Shown: positions 1 to 8,896, numbered from the stretch's first letter. The stretch: DNA of 57,134 bases from Candidatus Woesearchaeota archaeon (GCA_964641875.1 CAZXLU010000001.1:1-57134), one strand, 5' to 3'. The notes: generated by a model not told the origin, from the letters alone. Program-made: numbers and translations.

Positions 1-596
1 ACATAATTATAAGCTCCGGAAGGCAAAGCTATAGATTGAGTATTTGCAAAGTAAGTAAATGGAGAATTTTGAACTGTTAATGTGGAATAAGTTCCATTGT
101 CATACTCTAAAGATAAATTAACCTTTCCAGTAAAACCTCCTACATTTATGTAAGAAGGCAGATTATCAGAATAATTTGCATACTCATATGCTAATGCAAC
201 ATTGGATGAATTTGTATAAAGTGCAAGGTTGGACAGACCAAAAGACTCATTTTCTGTTAGCATTGTATTTGCACCACAAGATGTTAAGTCTTGTCCTGCT
301 AGAAGTTTTCCGCCGTATAATGAACTTTGATATATTATTATTATACCATTAGATATGTTTATAGTGTAGTTTTCAAATGTAGTGAAAGTTAACAAAGGCA
401 AGTACTGTATTGTACTAAAACCATTTGAAGAAGCAAGAGAATTTATAGAATCGGCTATTTCATAGCAAATACTATTCATCTTTGAAATAGTAGGATTACC
501 TGCTGAGATGTGAGCGAAGAAGACGGCTATGAAAGCTATTAAAGCCAATACAAATGCTACGTCTATAATAAACTCGAAAGAGAACTGTCCTTTCAT
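1..596 (-). CDS. Class III signal peptide (archaeal type IV pilin-like) protein; 3' end cut by window edge
   Basis: Not on ORF track. Reverse complement of 594-596 is ATG. Translation starts MKGQFSFEFIIDVAFVLALIAFIAVFF: a KG/QxSxEF prepilin-type cleavage motif followed by a hydrophobic helix. I checked the frame codon by codon and it stays open to position 3. Confidence 0.6.
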   Translation of the reverse strand, partial: MKGQFSFEFIIDVAFVLALIAFIAVFFAHISAGNPTISKMNSICYEIADSINSLASSNGFSTIQYLPLLTFTTFENYTINISNGIIIIYQSSLYGGKLLAGQDLTSCGANTMLTENESFGLSNLALYTNSSNVALAYEYANYSDNLPSYINVGGFTGKVNLSLEYDNGTYSTLTVQNSPFTYFANTQSIALPSGAYNY

Positions 597-647
597 AACT
601 AAATAAAAAACAAATAATATTTATACTATTTATTATCTAATTAAAGT

Positions 648-1385
648 GTGGGGGAAAGAAAACTTGAGGAATTGCTTATAGAGAACACAATAGATAATAA
701 TCCTTCCATACTACATAAATTAATGCAAATTGCTACATACTCATATATAGAAAAGAGATTTGACATTCGTTATGCCGATGGTGAACATCCTTTGTATATA
801 TATAGGAAGAGAAAGAATTACTCGCAAAATAATGGGAAAAATGAAAAAACTAAAGTAGAAGTATGGAATGCAGACCTTTTACTGTTATATGAAGACAACG
901 GGAAAAAAGTGTGTGAGGTTGTAGAGATAGAGACAATAAAAGCAGATGATCTTCTACATCACAGAAAAAAGAATATAATTAAAAAGATAAAGACTGTTGA
1001 AAGAGCGTATAATGCATTAGAAATGAATAAAACGCTTCAAAACGTAGATGAAATACGCTTTTCTCTTTCTTTAAATGCTGCCCATCTTACTGAAACTGAA
1101 AGATATAGAATAGCAAAGCATATAAGTAAAAGCATAATTGAAGAAAGAAACAGTGATTATAAAGAAGAAAAAATATCTCTTTATAAGATATACCTGCTTA
1201 AAGATAATATCTGGGAATACTGCCCAGAAAGTTCTGAGAAGGATTTTTTAATTAATTATAATAATACAAAAAGAAAAAACAGTTGGAAAATGCCATTGAA
1301 AAGTGTAATGAAGGATTTATATTATAATTTAAAAGACAATGGGAAAGTTAAGCAACTTTATGAAAGACATTACTTTAAAAAATAG
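648..1385 (+). CDS. Hypothetical protein
   Basis: 245-aa ORF with GTG start, K/E/N-rich, no TM segment. The stretch NADLLLLY...EVVEIETIK only loosely resembles a PD-(D/E)xK nuclease core, so no family is called. Confidence 0.45.
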   Translation: MGERKLEELLIENTIDNNPSILHKLMQIATYSYIEKRFDIRYADGEHPLYIYRKRKNYSQNNGKNEKTKVEVWNADLLLLYEDNGKKVCEVVEIETIKADDLLHHRKKNIIKKIKTVERAYNALEMNKTLQNVDEIRFSLSLNAAHLTETERYRIAKHISKSIIEERNSDYKEEKISLYKIYLLKDNIWEYCPESSEKDFLINYNNTKRKNSWKMPLKSVMKDLYYNLKDNGKVKQLYERHYFKK

Positions 1386-1438
1386 TAAAAACCTTTAAAA
1401 GGTAGGATACATTAAAGATTAATAAAAAAGCATATTAG

Positions 1439-2383
1439 ATGTTCTTTATGGGCATAAGAAATAAGATAAGCAAGAAAATAGATGATATAGTTGAATATTA
1501 TCTAAAAAACTACAAGAAGATGGTGTTTATACCAATAATACTGGTAATATTCTTCCTATCTTTTATAGGCTATTACTATAACGTACATGGTGAGCTTCTA
1601 AATGAAGGCATATCTTTAACAGGGGGTACAAATATCCTTATAAATACTAATCAAAGTATTTCGCCTACAACTTTAGCAAGTAATTTAGGTACAAAACTCG
1701 GTCAACCTGTAACCGTAAGCGTTGTGAGGGCGCCTTTTTCAAATACTATAACAGGTTATTCTATAACGGTCGGAAAGAACGTAAACACTACATTATTGCA
1801 ACAGTATATATCCAAAATAACTAAAATACCTATAAATTCTAAGGATTCGAGTGTTACTTTTGTAAGTGCAACTTTAGCACAAAGCTCATTATACAGCTCG
1901 GCAATATTGCTTTTAATAGCGTTCATACTTGTAGCAGCTGTTTCTCTGTTTTACTTTAGAAGTTTATGGCAAGCGTTTTCAAACGTGATAAGTATAATAA
2001 GCGATATAATAAACATAGTTGGAGTACTAGACATAATAGGTTTTTCGTTTTCAACGGCTTCAATAGCAGGTATATTAATGATAATGGGCTATTCTGCTGA
2101 CAGGAACATAATACTTGCAACAAATATACTTAAAAGAAGCGAGGCCAGCATGCACTACCGCCTAGCAAAGACAATAAAGACTTCTCTTACAATGGATGCG
2201 GCTGCACTAGTAACCTTCATAACCTTATTTTTAGGAACTGCAAATACTACATTACATGAAATAGCCATAATCCTTATAATAGGAGTAATATTTGATGATT
2301 TCACTGTATGGATCTTAAACGGATCTACTCAGCTTTACGGCCTAAAGTACAAAGAAGTAGAAAAGCAAGCAAGTAAGGTTTAA
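1439..2383 (+). CDS. secF: Protein-export membrane protein SecF
   Basis: N-terminal TM, an extracytoplasmic loop, then a C-terminal multi-TM block (GILMIMGYSADRNIILATNI) typical of the SecD/SecF family. One nt separates it from secD. Confidence 0.8.
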   Translation: MFFMGIRNKISKKIDDIVEYYLKNYKKMVFIPIILVIFFLSFIGYYYNVHGELLNEGISLTGGTNILINTNQSISPTTLASNLGTKLGQPVTVSVVRAPFSNTITGYSITVGKNVNTTLLQQYISKITKIPINSKDSSVTFVSATLAQSSLYSSAILLLIAFILVAAVSLFYFRSLWQAFSNVISIISDIINIVGVLDIIGFSFSTASIAGILMIMGYSADRNIILATNILKRSEASMHYRLAKTIKTSLTMDAAALVTFITLFLGTANTTLHEIAIILIIGVIFDDFTVWILNGSTQLYGLKYKEVEKQASKV

Positions 2384-2384
2384 T

Positions 2385-3962
2385 ATGGCAAAATCAATAT
2401 TTTATGACTGGAGGATAATTTTGATGATTCTTCTTGCAGTAGTATCCTTCCTAGCTATACAGCCAAATATATCCAATGTAAACGGGGCACAAGTGATTTA
2501 TATGCCTGTAAACTCATACATTGGAAATTTAAGTGCTAAGGGAGTTATAGGTTTAAAAGCCGGATCAATAATAACTGCTGTGGATGGAGTACCTGTCCAT
2601 AACATACAACAATTTTACACTCAATTAAACAAAAGTGCAATAGTTAATTCCTCTCTTAGGATAACATATGAAAACGAGATTTTTCCCTATATATATAAGA
2701 GCAATACAACTAATATCTTCGTTGAACCCAACACTACTTTTAATTCCTCAACGATAGAAACACAGAATGTGCCTTTTACGCACCTTAACTATGGTTTAGA
2801 CATAATAGGAGGAACACAAATAGAAGTAGTACCAAATTCAACTAGCTATAATTCAACTTTATTAAATAACTTAGAAACAACACTTTCAAAAAGATTAGAT
2901 GTATACGGGATAAGTGGTACCACCATAAATATAGTGCAGGCTTTATCCGGCAAGTCATTTATAATGATAAGTATGCCAAAAGTTGGCGAAAGCCAGGCCT
3001 TATCCTTAATACAAAATCAAGGAAAATTCTATGCAACTATTGGCAATTTCACTGTTTTCAACAGCAGCAATGCAAGTGAAAGCATACTTGATGTTTGCCT
3101 TTCTTCTGGCTGTCCATTTGGAGTATATCAAACACCAAGCGCTTCTAACGGTTATTCATTTCAATTTGGTATACAATTAGCCAGTGGAGCGGCGAAAAAC
3201 TTTGAGAAAGCGGTTAAAACGTTAGTGCCGTCTACTACAAATCCAGGTTACTTCAATAAGAGGATTCATTTGTACCTTAATGGAGTTCAGCAGGGCCAGC
3301 CTCTCTTGATATCAACAAATATCCTAACAAATTTCAATGGGGCCATAACCATTGAAGGCTCTGGGGCAGATGCCCAGCAAGCGGATTTAGACATGAAAAC
3401 TTTGCAAGCTATAATGCAATCTGGCAGTCTACCAGTTCCTTTGAAGATAGTATCCATAAGCTCTATCTCTCCAACATCAGGTAGTCAATTTATAAGTCAA
3501 ATTTATATCCTTCTTTTAATAGCATTCATAGTCGTGAGCATAGTTATATTCTTGAGATATAGGGATTATAAGATATCTTCTTTGATACTTCTTACAAGTA
3601 TAACGGAGATATTTATTGTCATAGGCATAGCTGCTGCTATACATTGGACTATTGATATTCCAAGTATGGCAGGTATAATCGCTAGTATAGGAATATCCGT
3701 TGACGACCAGATAATAATAACTGATGAGATGCGCAGAGGTTTATCACAGGCAGAGTATGCAGTTACAAAGAAGAGAATAAGCCGTGCATTCTTCATAATA
3801 TTCGTTTCATTCTTTTCGTTTGCAGCAATAATGTTCCCACTGTTATTCTCAACTGCAAGCCTATTTGCAGGATTTGCTCTTACAACTATATTAGCATCTT
3901 TAGTTGGTTTATTAGTTACTAGACCAGCATATGCTAGAATTATAGCAAGGTTGGAGGGCTGA
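2385..3962 (+). CDS. secD: Protein-export membrane protein SecD
   Basis: 525 aa. N-terminal TM, a large exported domain and a C-terminal TM bundle with GIIASIGISVDDQIIITDE, a SecD/SecF family signature. Confidence 0.8.
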   Translation: MAKSIFYDWRIILMILLAVVSFLAIQPNISNVNGAQVIYMPVNSYIGNLSAKGVIGLKAGSIITAVDGVPVHNIQQFYTQLNKSAIVNSSLRITYENEIFPYIYKSNTTNIFVEPNTTFNSSTIETQNVPFTHLNYGLDIIGGTQIEVVPNSTSYNSTLLNNLETTLSKRLDVYGISGTTINIVQALSGKSFIMISMPKVGESQALSLIQNQGKFYATIGNFTVFNSSNASESILDVCLSSGCPFGVYQTPSASNGYSFQFGIQLASGAAKNFEKAVKTLVPSTTNPGYFNKRIHLYLNGVQQGQPLLISTNILTNFNGAITIEGSGADAQQADLDMKTLQAIMQSGSLPVPLKIVSISSISPTSGSQFISQIYILLLIAFIVVSIVIFLRYRDYKISSLILLTSITEIFIVIGIAAAIHWTIDIPSMAGIIASIGISVDDQIIITDEMRRGLSQAEYAVTKKRISRAFFIIFVSFFSFAAIMFPLLFSTASLFAGFALTTILASLVGLLVTRPAYARIIARLEG

Positions 3963-4760
3963 ATGGAAGAGTATAGATTTGATCCGATAGACCTTACATT
4001 TTCACTTGTTAGCAATGAAAAAGAGGATTGCAAAGAATGTTTATACAAAAAAGATGAAATAAAAACAATTGAATTTAGAAATGGATACTTAAAGATATAC
4101 GAAATAAAAGATAGGTTACAGCCATCAAAATACGAATTAACTGGAGATTTCTTCAAGAAATCAAATGCCCATGGATATGAAGAAATAATAGTTGAAAACG
4201 ATAAACACTCTTCCAATTTTAGAAGTTATTCAGCGGACGACATAGAAAAGCTCCTTTTAATAATAAGCCAAAGAATAGAAGAAATTAAAGGATATGATGT
4301 AGGAGAGAACGTGTCTATAAGCAGATACATAAATGGACATGATTATTGGGATGTGGTTTTAATGCCAATACCTAGACATACCATAGATAAATGTTTTGTA
4401 TGTCAGGATATAAAAAACGTGGGGAACAGGGAGGTATTCAAAACTGAAAACATAATTGCATACATACCTTTTTCACCGAATAGAAATGAGATAGTTAATA
4501 TTACAACAAATAAGCATGTAAGCATAGAACAGTTGGATAGCGTAATCGCATTTGACATTGCCAATTTGATAATAAAAATAATAAAGAGAATAAAAAACGA
4601 ATTAACAATAAACATAATTCAATCTGGCACTAACCATTTTTACATTTCTATATTTGCAGGGAACATTGATCCAATAGAAGCTATTGGTGTGAAAAGAATA
4701 AAATATTCGCCAGAAGAAACTGCAAAGAAACTTAGTGAAGAATTAAACAATGGAATTTAA
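3963..4760 (+). CDS. GalT-like (HIT superfamily branch III) paralogue lacking the HxHxQ active site
   Basis: Aligns by eye along its length to the GalT-like protein at 26984-27967 (GYEEIIVENDKHS vs GYCEVIIETPKHD; IIAYIPFSPNRNEIVNITTNKHV vs FIAIAPFGSRFTAESMILPKRHV). The position of HSHSQ reads WDVVL. Its ATG directly follows the secD stop. Confidence 0.55.
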   Translation: MEEYRFDPIDLTFSLVSNEKEDCKECLYKKDEIKTIEFRNGYLKIYEIKDRLQPSKYELTGDFFKKSNAHGYEEIIVENDKHSSNFRSYSADDIEKLLLIISQRIEEIKGYDVGENVSISRYINGHDYWDVVLMPIPRHTIDKCFVCQDIKNVGNREVFKTENIIAYIPFSPNRNEIVNITTNKHVSIEQLDSVIAFDIANLIIKIIKRIKNELTINIIQSGTNHFYISIFAGNIDPIEAIGVKRIKYSPEETAKKLSEELNNGI

Positions 4761-5661
4761 TGTAAATACACTAAAAACAATGACAGTCGTAATAATTCTA
4801 CTTGCTGCATTTGCAGCAATAATATATTCTTATCCTTTAAGACCATTTGTTTTTTCACACGCTACAAATAATAATTCATCAAACATAACTAACTCTGTAA
4901 AACTGTCAAATTTCCTAGCTAGATACAATATAAATTTAAGTAAGCTAAGCGACAAAGATCTTTACTACTTTTATGGTGGATTACAAAATAATTCAATAAT
5001 AGTAGGTTGCAATTATGAGCTTTATCCTTCAATTCCTTCTGGGCAGATACCATCAAATAGCCTTCAAAAGGAATATGAAAATATTTTAAAGGATATCGCT
5101 GCAAGCTCGATATGTTCTGTAAATAATTACACGAATTGCAATAATTATGATGAGAACCTTAGTTCATTTATAGAAAAGAGTATGAATTCTACACAAATAG
5201 GGGAACTTTTTAACTATACATATGCACAGATCAAAGGTTATTACAGTGAAATAAACGCTTCTGGACTAAAAAACAATACAATAGTTCTACCATTAAAATA
5301 TGACATTAAACTGTTCAATTCAAGTAAAAACACTTCTATGGAAGTAAATGCAATTGTTAAAATGAAGCAAATGCCAATTAATATAGTATTCTATAATAAT
5401 GGAAGCATCTTTGATTATAAAAAAGAAGTCGGGGTATACGGCCCTTTTCAATTTCCAGTATACAGACTTATAAACGCCAGTAGCTGCAGCCCTTCCACTA
5501 TATTTAATATTGTAGTTAATCCACGGTCTTTTTCCTCAAAAACTTACACAAGCCTATATAAAAGTTTGGGCAATTATACAAACATATGTATAATAACAGG
5601 TTCAAACAACTGCAATTCGACTGAAATGAGAAATTTGAACATGTCTTTCTATGCTAACTAA
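4750..5661 (+). CDS. N-terminally anchored or secreted protein rich in N-glycosylation sequons
   Basis: 303 aa. N-terminal hydrophobic segment (MTVVIILLAAFAAIIY), many NxS/T sequons and several Cys. Overlaps the upstream gene by 11 nt. Confidence 0.55.
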   Translation: MEFNVNTLKTMTVVIILLAAFAAIIYSYPLRPFVFSHATNNNSSNITNSVKLSNFLARYNINLSKLSDKDLYYFYGGLQNNSIIVGCNYELYPSIPSGQIPSNSLQKEYENILKDIAASSICSVNNYTNCNNYDENLSSFIEKSMNSTQIGELFNYTYAQIKGYYSEINASGLKNNTIVLPLKYDIKLFNSSKNTSMEVNAIVKMKQMPINIVFYNNGSIFDYKKEVGVYGPFQFPVYRLINASSCSPSTIFNIVVNPRSFSSKTYTSLYKSLGNYTNICIITGSNNCNSTEMRNLNMSFYAN

Positions 5662-6154
5662 AAAAAATTATTATGTGTATTTTATAATTATTACACTTAT
5701 AGTATTAACTGGTTTGTTTTTTTATTATCAAAATTACTCGCTACAAAAAACATATGAATTCCACAGAATAAATTTAAACATGTCGGGCATGTGTTCTCCT
5801 GGAAAACCGGCTTTTGTGATTTATTACGCTGATAATTGCAAAACGTGTACGTCTACATTAAATTCCTTCAAAAACGTGACATCGCTATTCGGACTCTGGG
5901 GGAATAACACATTCTATAGTGGATATTTCTGTGCATGGACATTTAACATTTCGAGTTACAATGAAAACCTGTCAAATGTACCTTATACAGCCATATCCCT
6001 TTATAATTCTGTAGGAAAAAATTTAGTACCTATGATCATTTTCAATGGAGAATACTATAAAATAGGTGGGTTCAAAAACAATGAAACAGCGTATTATGAT
6101 ATACTGCACTATATATGCATATCTACAAACAACTCAGAACCGCAATGCAGCTAA
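5651..6154 (+). CDS. Membrane-anchored thioredoxin-fold protein (CxxC)
   Basis: N-terminal TM (YYVYFIIITLIVLTGLFFYY). The beta-strand plus CxxC reads FVIYYADNCKTCTS, and a cis-Pro-loop-like LVPMIIFNGEYYKIGG follows, which is the classic Trx-fold layout. Overlaps the upstream gene by 11 nt. Confidence 0.55.
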   Translation: MLTKKNYYVYFIIITLIVLTGLFFYYQNYSLQKTYEFHRINLNMSGMCSPGKPAFVIYYADNCKTCTSTLNSFKNVTSLFGLWGNNTFYSGYFCAWTFNISSYNENLSNVPYTAISLYNSVGKNLVPMIIFNGEYYKIGGFKNNETAYYDILHYICISTNNSEPQCS

Positions 6155-6155
6155 T

Positions 6156-6401
6156 ATGGTAAGAAAATTAAATCAAGAATTGATGGATGAAATAATAAAT
6201 GAACTATCGCATGGAGATAAGACAGGATATGAGATATATAAGGAGTTAAAAAGAAAAGGATTAAAGGTATCAAGCAGGCTTGTTTACCATTATCTATATG
6301 TAGCACTTAAGAATGACAGGGTAAAGATGGAAACTAAGAATGAAATAGGAAATTTTAGTTGGGGAACAACTACTAGAAAGAAGTATTATAAGCTTAAATA
6401 A
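6156..6401 (+). CDS. Small winged-helix (PadR-like) transcriptional regulator
   Basis: I prefer the ATG at 6156, two nt after the upstream stop, over the track start at 6066. The product is 81 aa: MVRKLNQELMDEIINELSHGDKTGYEIYKELKRKG...LVYHYLYVAL. This resembles the PadR GYEI helix-turn-wing. Confidence 0.5.
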   Translation: MVRKLNQELMDEIINELSHGDKTGYEIYKELKRKGLKVSSRLVYHYLYVALKNDRVKMETKNEIGNFSWGTTTRKKYYKLK

Positions 6402-6936
6402 TCCCTATATCTAAGCCGGCTTTTACTATTGATATCATCGCTCCCGGACGACGTTCTTCCAATTTTAGAATAAAACTAAGGATAGCATTTTCCATACCTT
6501 TCCTTTCTCTTTTTCCAATATCCCTTCTCTTTAACAAAAAAAATGAATAAATCTCATTTTCTGAAATATTAAATAAAGGACTAAAAAACCCGTCACCCTT
6601 TACCTTCAACCCTTTATTTTCAGAAAAAAGAAAAAATTTCATTACTTCGATGGCAAAGTCCTCTAAGGTGTATGACTTAAGCTTTATTTCTTCATTATAT
6701 TTATTATCTACAAATAAAAAGCTGAGAAAAGCATAACCATATTTATTTTCTCTCATAACTTTAAAAGTTTTACCTCTTAAGCCGTTAGAGATTATATTAC
6801 TTCTAACTCTCCTTATAAGCATCCTTTCAAAATGTTTTTTGCACAAGTGTTGTTTTAGATAATTAGAATAAAATACGGATTTCCTACCACAGATAGCACA
6901 GTTATTGATTTTATCCATAAATATTAAAATGCACAT
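6394..6936 (-). CDS. Zinc-ribbon protein resembling the N-terminus of TtuA/Ncs6 tRNA 2-thiolases; PP-loop absent
   Basis: CAICGRKSVFYSNYLKQHLCKKHFERMLIRRV matches the CxxC...LCxxHF N-terminal finger of TtuA/Ncs6. The position of SGGKDS reads ENKYGY. The protein is only about 175-180 aa. The true start may be MDKINN at 6918. Confidence 0.45.
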   Translation of the reverse strand: MCILIFMDKINNCAICGRKSVFYSNYLKQHLCKKHFERMLIRRVRSNIISNGLRGKTFKVMRENKYGYAFLSFLFVDNKYNEEIKLKSYTLEDFAIEVMKFFLFSENKGLKVKGDGFFSPLFNISENEIYSFFLLKRRDIGKRERKGMENAILSFILKLEERRPGAMISIVKAGLDIGII

Positions 6937-6952
6937 ATCTAATATATCTAAT

Positions 6953-7669
6953 ATGGTTGCGAAAATTATAGTTATAATGAGCCCAAAGGGAGGAGTTGGG
7001 AAGACTACTATATCTGTTAATTTGGCGACTGCTTTGTCTGAACTTGGTAAAAAAACACTGTTGATAGATGCAAATCTAGAAACGCCACATGTTGCAGTTT
7101 ATTATGGTTTCGTGGGATTCAAGTATTCTTTCGAAGATCTGCTTGAGGGTAAAGCTAAAATTGAAGATGTAATATATAAAGGAGAAAACGAAAATTTTCA
7201 CTTATTACCTGCAAGAGTTTTGAAAGATAGTAACAAAGTTATAAACAAATTAGTAAATATAAATTCCTATATAAAAGAAGTAAACGAAAGGTATGATTTC
7301 ATAATAATAGATTCAAAACCTTCTTATAATATAGACTTCATAAAATTGATAAACGCTGCCAACAGTTTAATAGTAAGTAATCTTGAGATAACTTCGATTA
7401 TAGAAGCGAAAAAATTAAAAGAAAAACTTGATGAATTTAATATAAATGTGATAGGGTTAATTCTAAATAAATTTAACTATCATATAACTGAGCAGATAAC
7501 AGAAAATGAGGCGGCAGATATAACAAATATAAAAAACGTATGGAAAGTTAGAGAAGACAACATAGTTTATAGATCTCTTAAATATGGCGTGCCTGTTATT
7601 ATATCTGCACCAAAGAGCTGGATCTCTAAGGATATAGTAAAAATTGCTAAAGATTTAATTAAACTATGA
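6953..7669 (+). CDS. minD: MinD/ParA-family P-loop ATPase
   Basis: Deviant Walker A: IIVIMSPKGGVGKTTISVNLATAL. Walker B-like FIIIDSKP. I prefer the ATG at 6953 over the TTG at 6905 because it avoids overlap with the divergent gene. Confidence 0.75.
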   Translation: MVAKIIVIMSPKGGVGKTTISVNLATALSELGKKTLLIDANLETPHVAVYYGFVGFKYSFEDLLEGKAKIEDVIYKGENENFHLLPARVLKDSNKVINKLVNINSYIKEVNERYDFIIIDSKPSYNIDFIKLINAANSLIVSNLEITSIIEAKKLKEKLDEFNINVIGLILNKFNYHITEQITENEAADITNIKNVWKVREDNIVYRSLKYGVPVIISAPKSWISKDIVKIAKDLIKL

Positions 7670-7833
7670 GATATAGGATAGTAAAATGCCCAAAATGTGG
7701 AAAATATAGAAAAACTTCTTCTATTAAGAACGTAAAATGCTTTTTCTGCGGACATATATTTAATGCAAGATCGCATATAGTAAGCGAAAAAACGTATAAA
7801 AATGCTGTAAATAAAGAAGTCAAATTTAGATGA
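7666..7833 (+). CDS. Small zinc-ribbon protein (55 aa)
   Basis: Not on ORF track. MRYRIVKCPKCGKYRKTSSIKNVKCFFCGHIF... has two CxxC pairs. Its start overlaps the minD stop (ATGA). Its stop lies 1 nt before the tRNA. Confidence 0.55.
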   Translation: MRYRIVKCPKCGKYRKTSSIKNVKCFFCGHIFNARSHIVSEKTYKNAVNKEVKFR

Positions 7834-7834
7834 T

Positions 7835-7906
7835 GCCTTGGTAGCTCAACGGCAGAGCATCTGCTTCGTAAGCAGGAGGTTGTGGGTTCGAAACCCACCC
7901 AAGGCT
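7835..7906 (+). tRNA. tRNA-Thr (anticodon CGU)
   Basis: Hand-folded cloverleaf. Acceptor GCCUUGG/CCAAGGC, D stem GCUC/GAGC, anticodon stem UCUGC/GCAGG with loop UUCGUAA, T arm GUGGG-UUCGAAA-CCCAC. No encoded CCA. Confidence 0.85.
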
Positions 7907-7949
7907 GAGGAGAACATAATTATATATTCTTTACAAAATATAAAAAATT

Positions 7950-8381
7950 GTGAAAGGCCAACAAAACCTTGAATTATTGCTTGTATTCAGCATAGCTATT
8001 GCAATAATAGCCAGCATATTCATAGTGATATTCTCTTTCTTTCCTGGATTAACAAGTTCAACCACTGTGCCTAGCTATTCTGGTTTTTCTGGTTTTTCTC
8101 TAAAACAAGTGTACCTCCCATCGAAATCATTGTACAACATTGAATTACAAAACATGCTTAATGAGAATATAAAAATTGATAAGATATCTCTTATAGTCAA
8201 TGGTGTTAACTATACAAATTTTGTATGCTCAAAAACATATTTACAAGCCTTACAAACAACGGAATGTAATTTATCTGAAAACTTTGGAAATTCGTTCACA
8301 GGTACAGGGTATATATACTACACACCCACGAATATATCCTTCTCTCCAACAATTGCATCGGGTGGTAATGTAATAAATTGA
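7950..8381 (+). CDS. Class III signal peptide (pilin-like) protein
   Basis: GTG start. MKGQQNLELLLVFSIAIAIIASIFIVIF has a KG/Q cleavage motif with Glu at +5 and a hydrophobic helix. At 143 aa it is in the pilin size range. Confidence 0.6.
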   Translation: MKGQQNLELLLVFSIAIAIIASIFIVIFSFFPGLTSSTTVPSYSGFSGFSLKQVYLPSKSLYNIELQNMLNENIKIDKISLIVNGVNYTNFVCSKTYLQALQTTECNLSENFGNSFTGTGYIYYTPTNISFSPTIASGGNVIN

Positions 8382-8424
8382 TAGAGTTAGATATTTATAC
8401 TTATAAATTTTTTAAATATGAATT

Positions 8425-8835
8425 ATGGGAGCATCCAAATACATACATGCAAATGAAATTGCAATTTATAAGAATGAAGACAGGAAGAAGGAATTGCTTA
8501 AAGAAGTAAGGAACAAACCGATTATATTTAGAGTAGAGAAACCTACAAAATTAACAAGAGCAAAGGCCTTAGGGTATCATGCTAAACAAGGATACATAAT
8601 AGTTAGGGTCAAAGTAAACAAAGGTGATTTTAGAAGGCCCAGACCAAACCATGCAAGAAGGCCCAGTAAAAGCGGGATATACTACAAATTGGCAGTTAGT
8701 AAAGAGGATATAGCAAAAAATAGAGCTGCAAAAGTTTATAGAAATATGAACGTTCTGGGGGCTTATTTTTTAATAGAAGATGGGAAAAGTAAGTGGTTTG
8801 AGGTTATTCTATTAGATAAGAAAAAAGTAGTTTAA
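8425..8835 (+). CDS. rpl15e: 50S ribosomal protein L15e (short form)
   Basis: VEKPTKLTRAKALGYHAKQGYIIVRVKV...RRPRPNHARRPSK...KWFEVILLD matches the conserved L15e core. It ends just after the WxEVILxD block, so the usual C-terminal tail is missing. Confidence 0.8.
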   Translation: MGASKYIHANEIAIYKNEDRKKELLKEVRNKPIIFRVEKPTKLTRAKALGYHAKQGYIIVRVKVNKGDFRRPRPNHARRPSKSGIYYKLAVSKEDIAKNRAAKVYRNMNVLGAYFLIEDGKSKWFEVILLDKKKVV

Positions 8836-8896
8836 CTGGTAAAACACTAATAAAATAACATAAAAACAATTTAAATCCTGATAGGTTAAAGATTAA

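Noticed and set aside
3566-4216. 216-aa minus-strand ORF overlapping the end of secD and the start of the GalT-like gene
   Set aside because: It is antisense to two ORFs with clear family signatures. Its composition is the low-complexity mirror of TM-coding sequence, so it is a shadow ORF.
6066-6155. N-terminal extension of the PadR-like ORF given on the track (start 6066)
   Set aside because: The extension overlaps the end of the thioredoxin-like gene in another frame. An ATG at 6156, right after that gene's stop, gives a normal-sized winged-helix protein.
7567-7898. 69-aa and 79-aa minus-strand ORFs
   Set aside because: They run through minD, the zinc-ribbon gene and the tRNA-Thr(CGU) sequence itself. 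They are artefacts of the tRNA's GC-rich region lacking stops.
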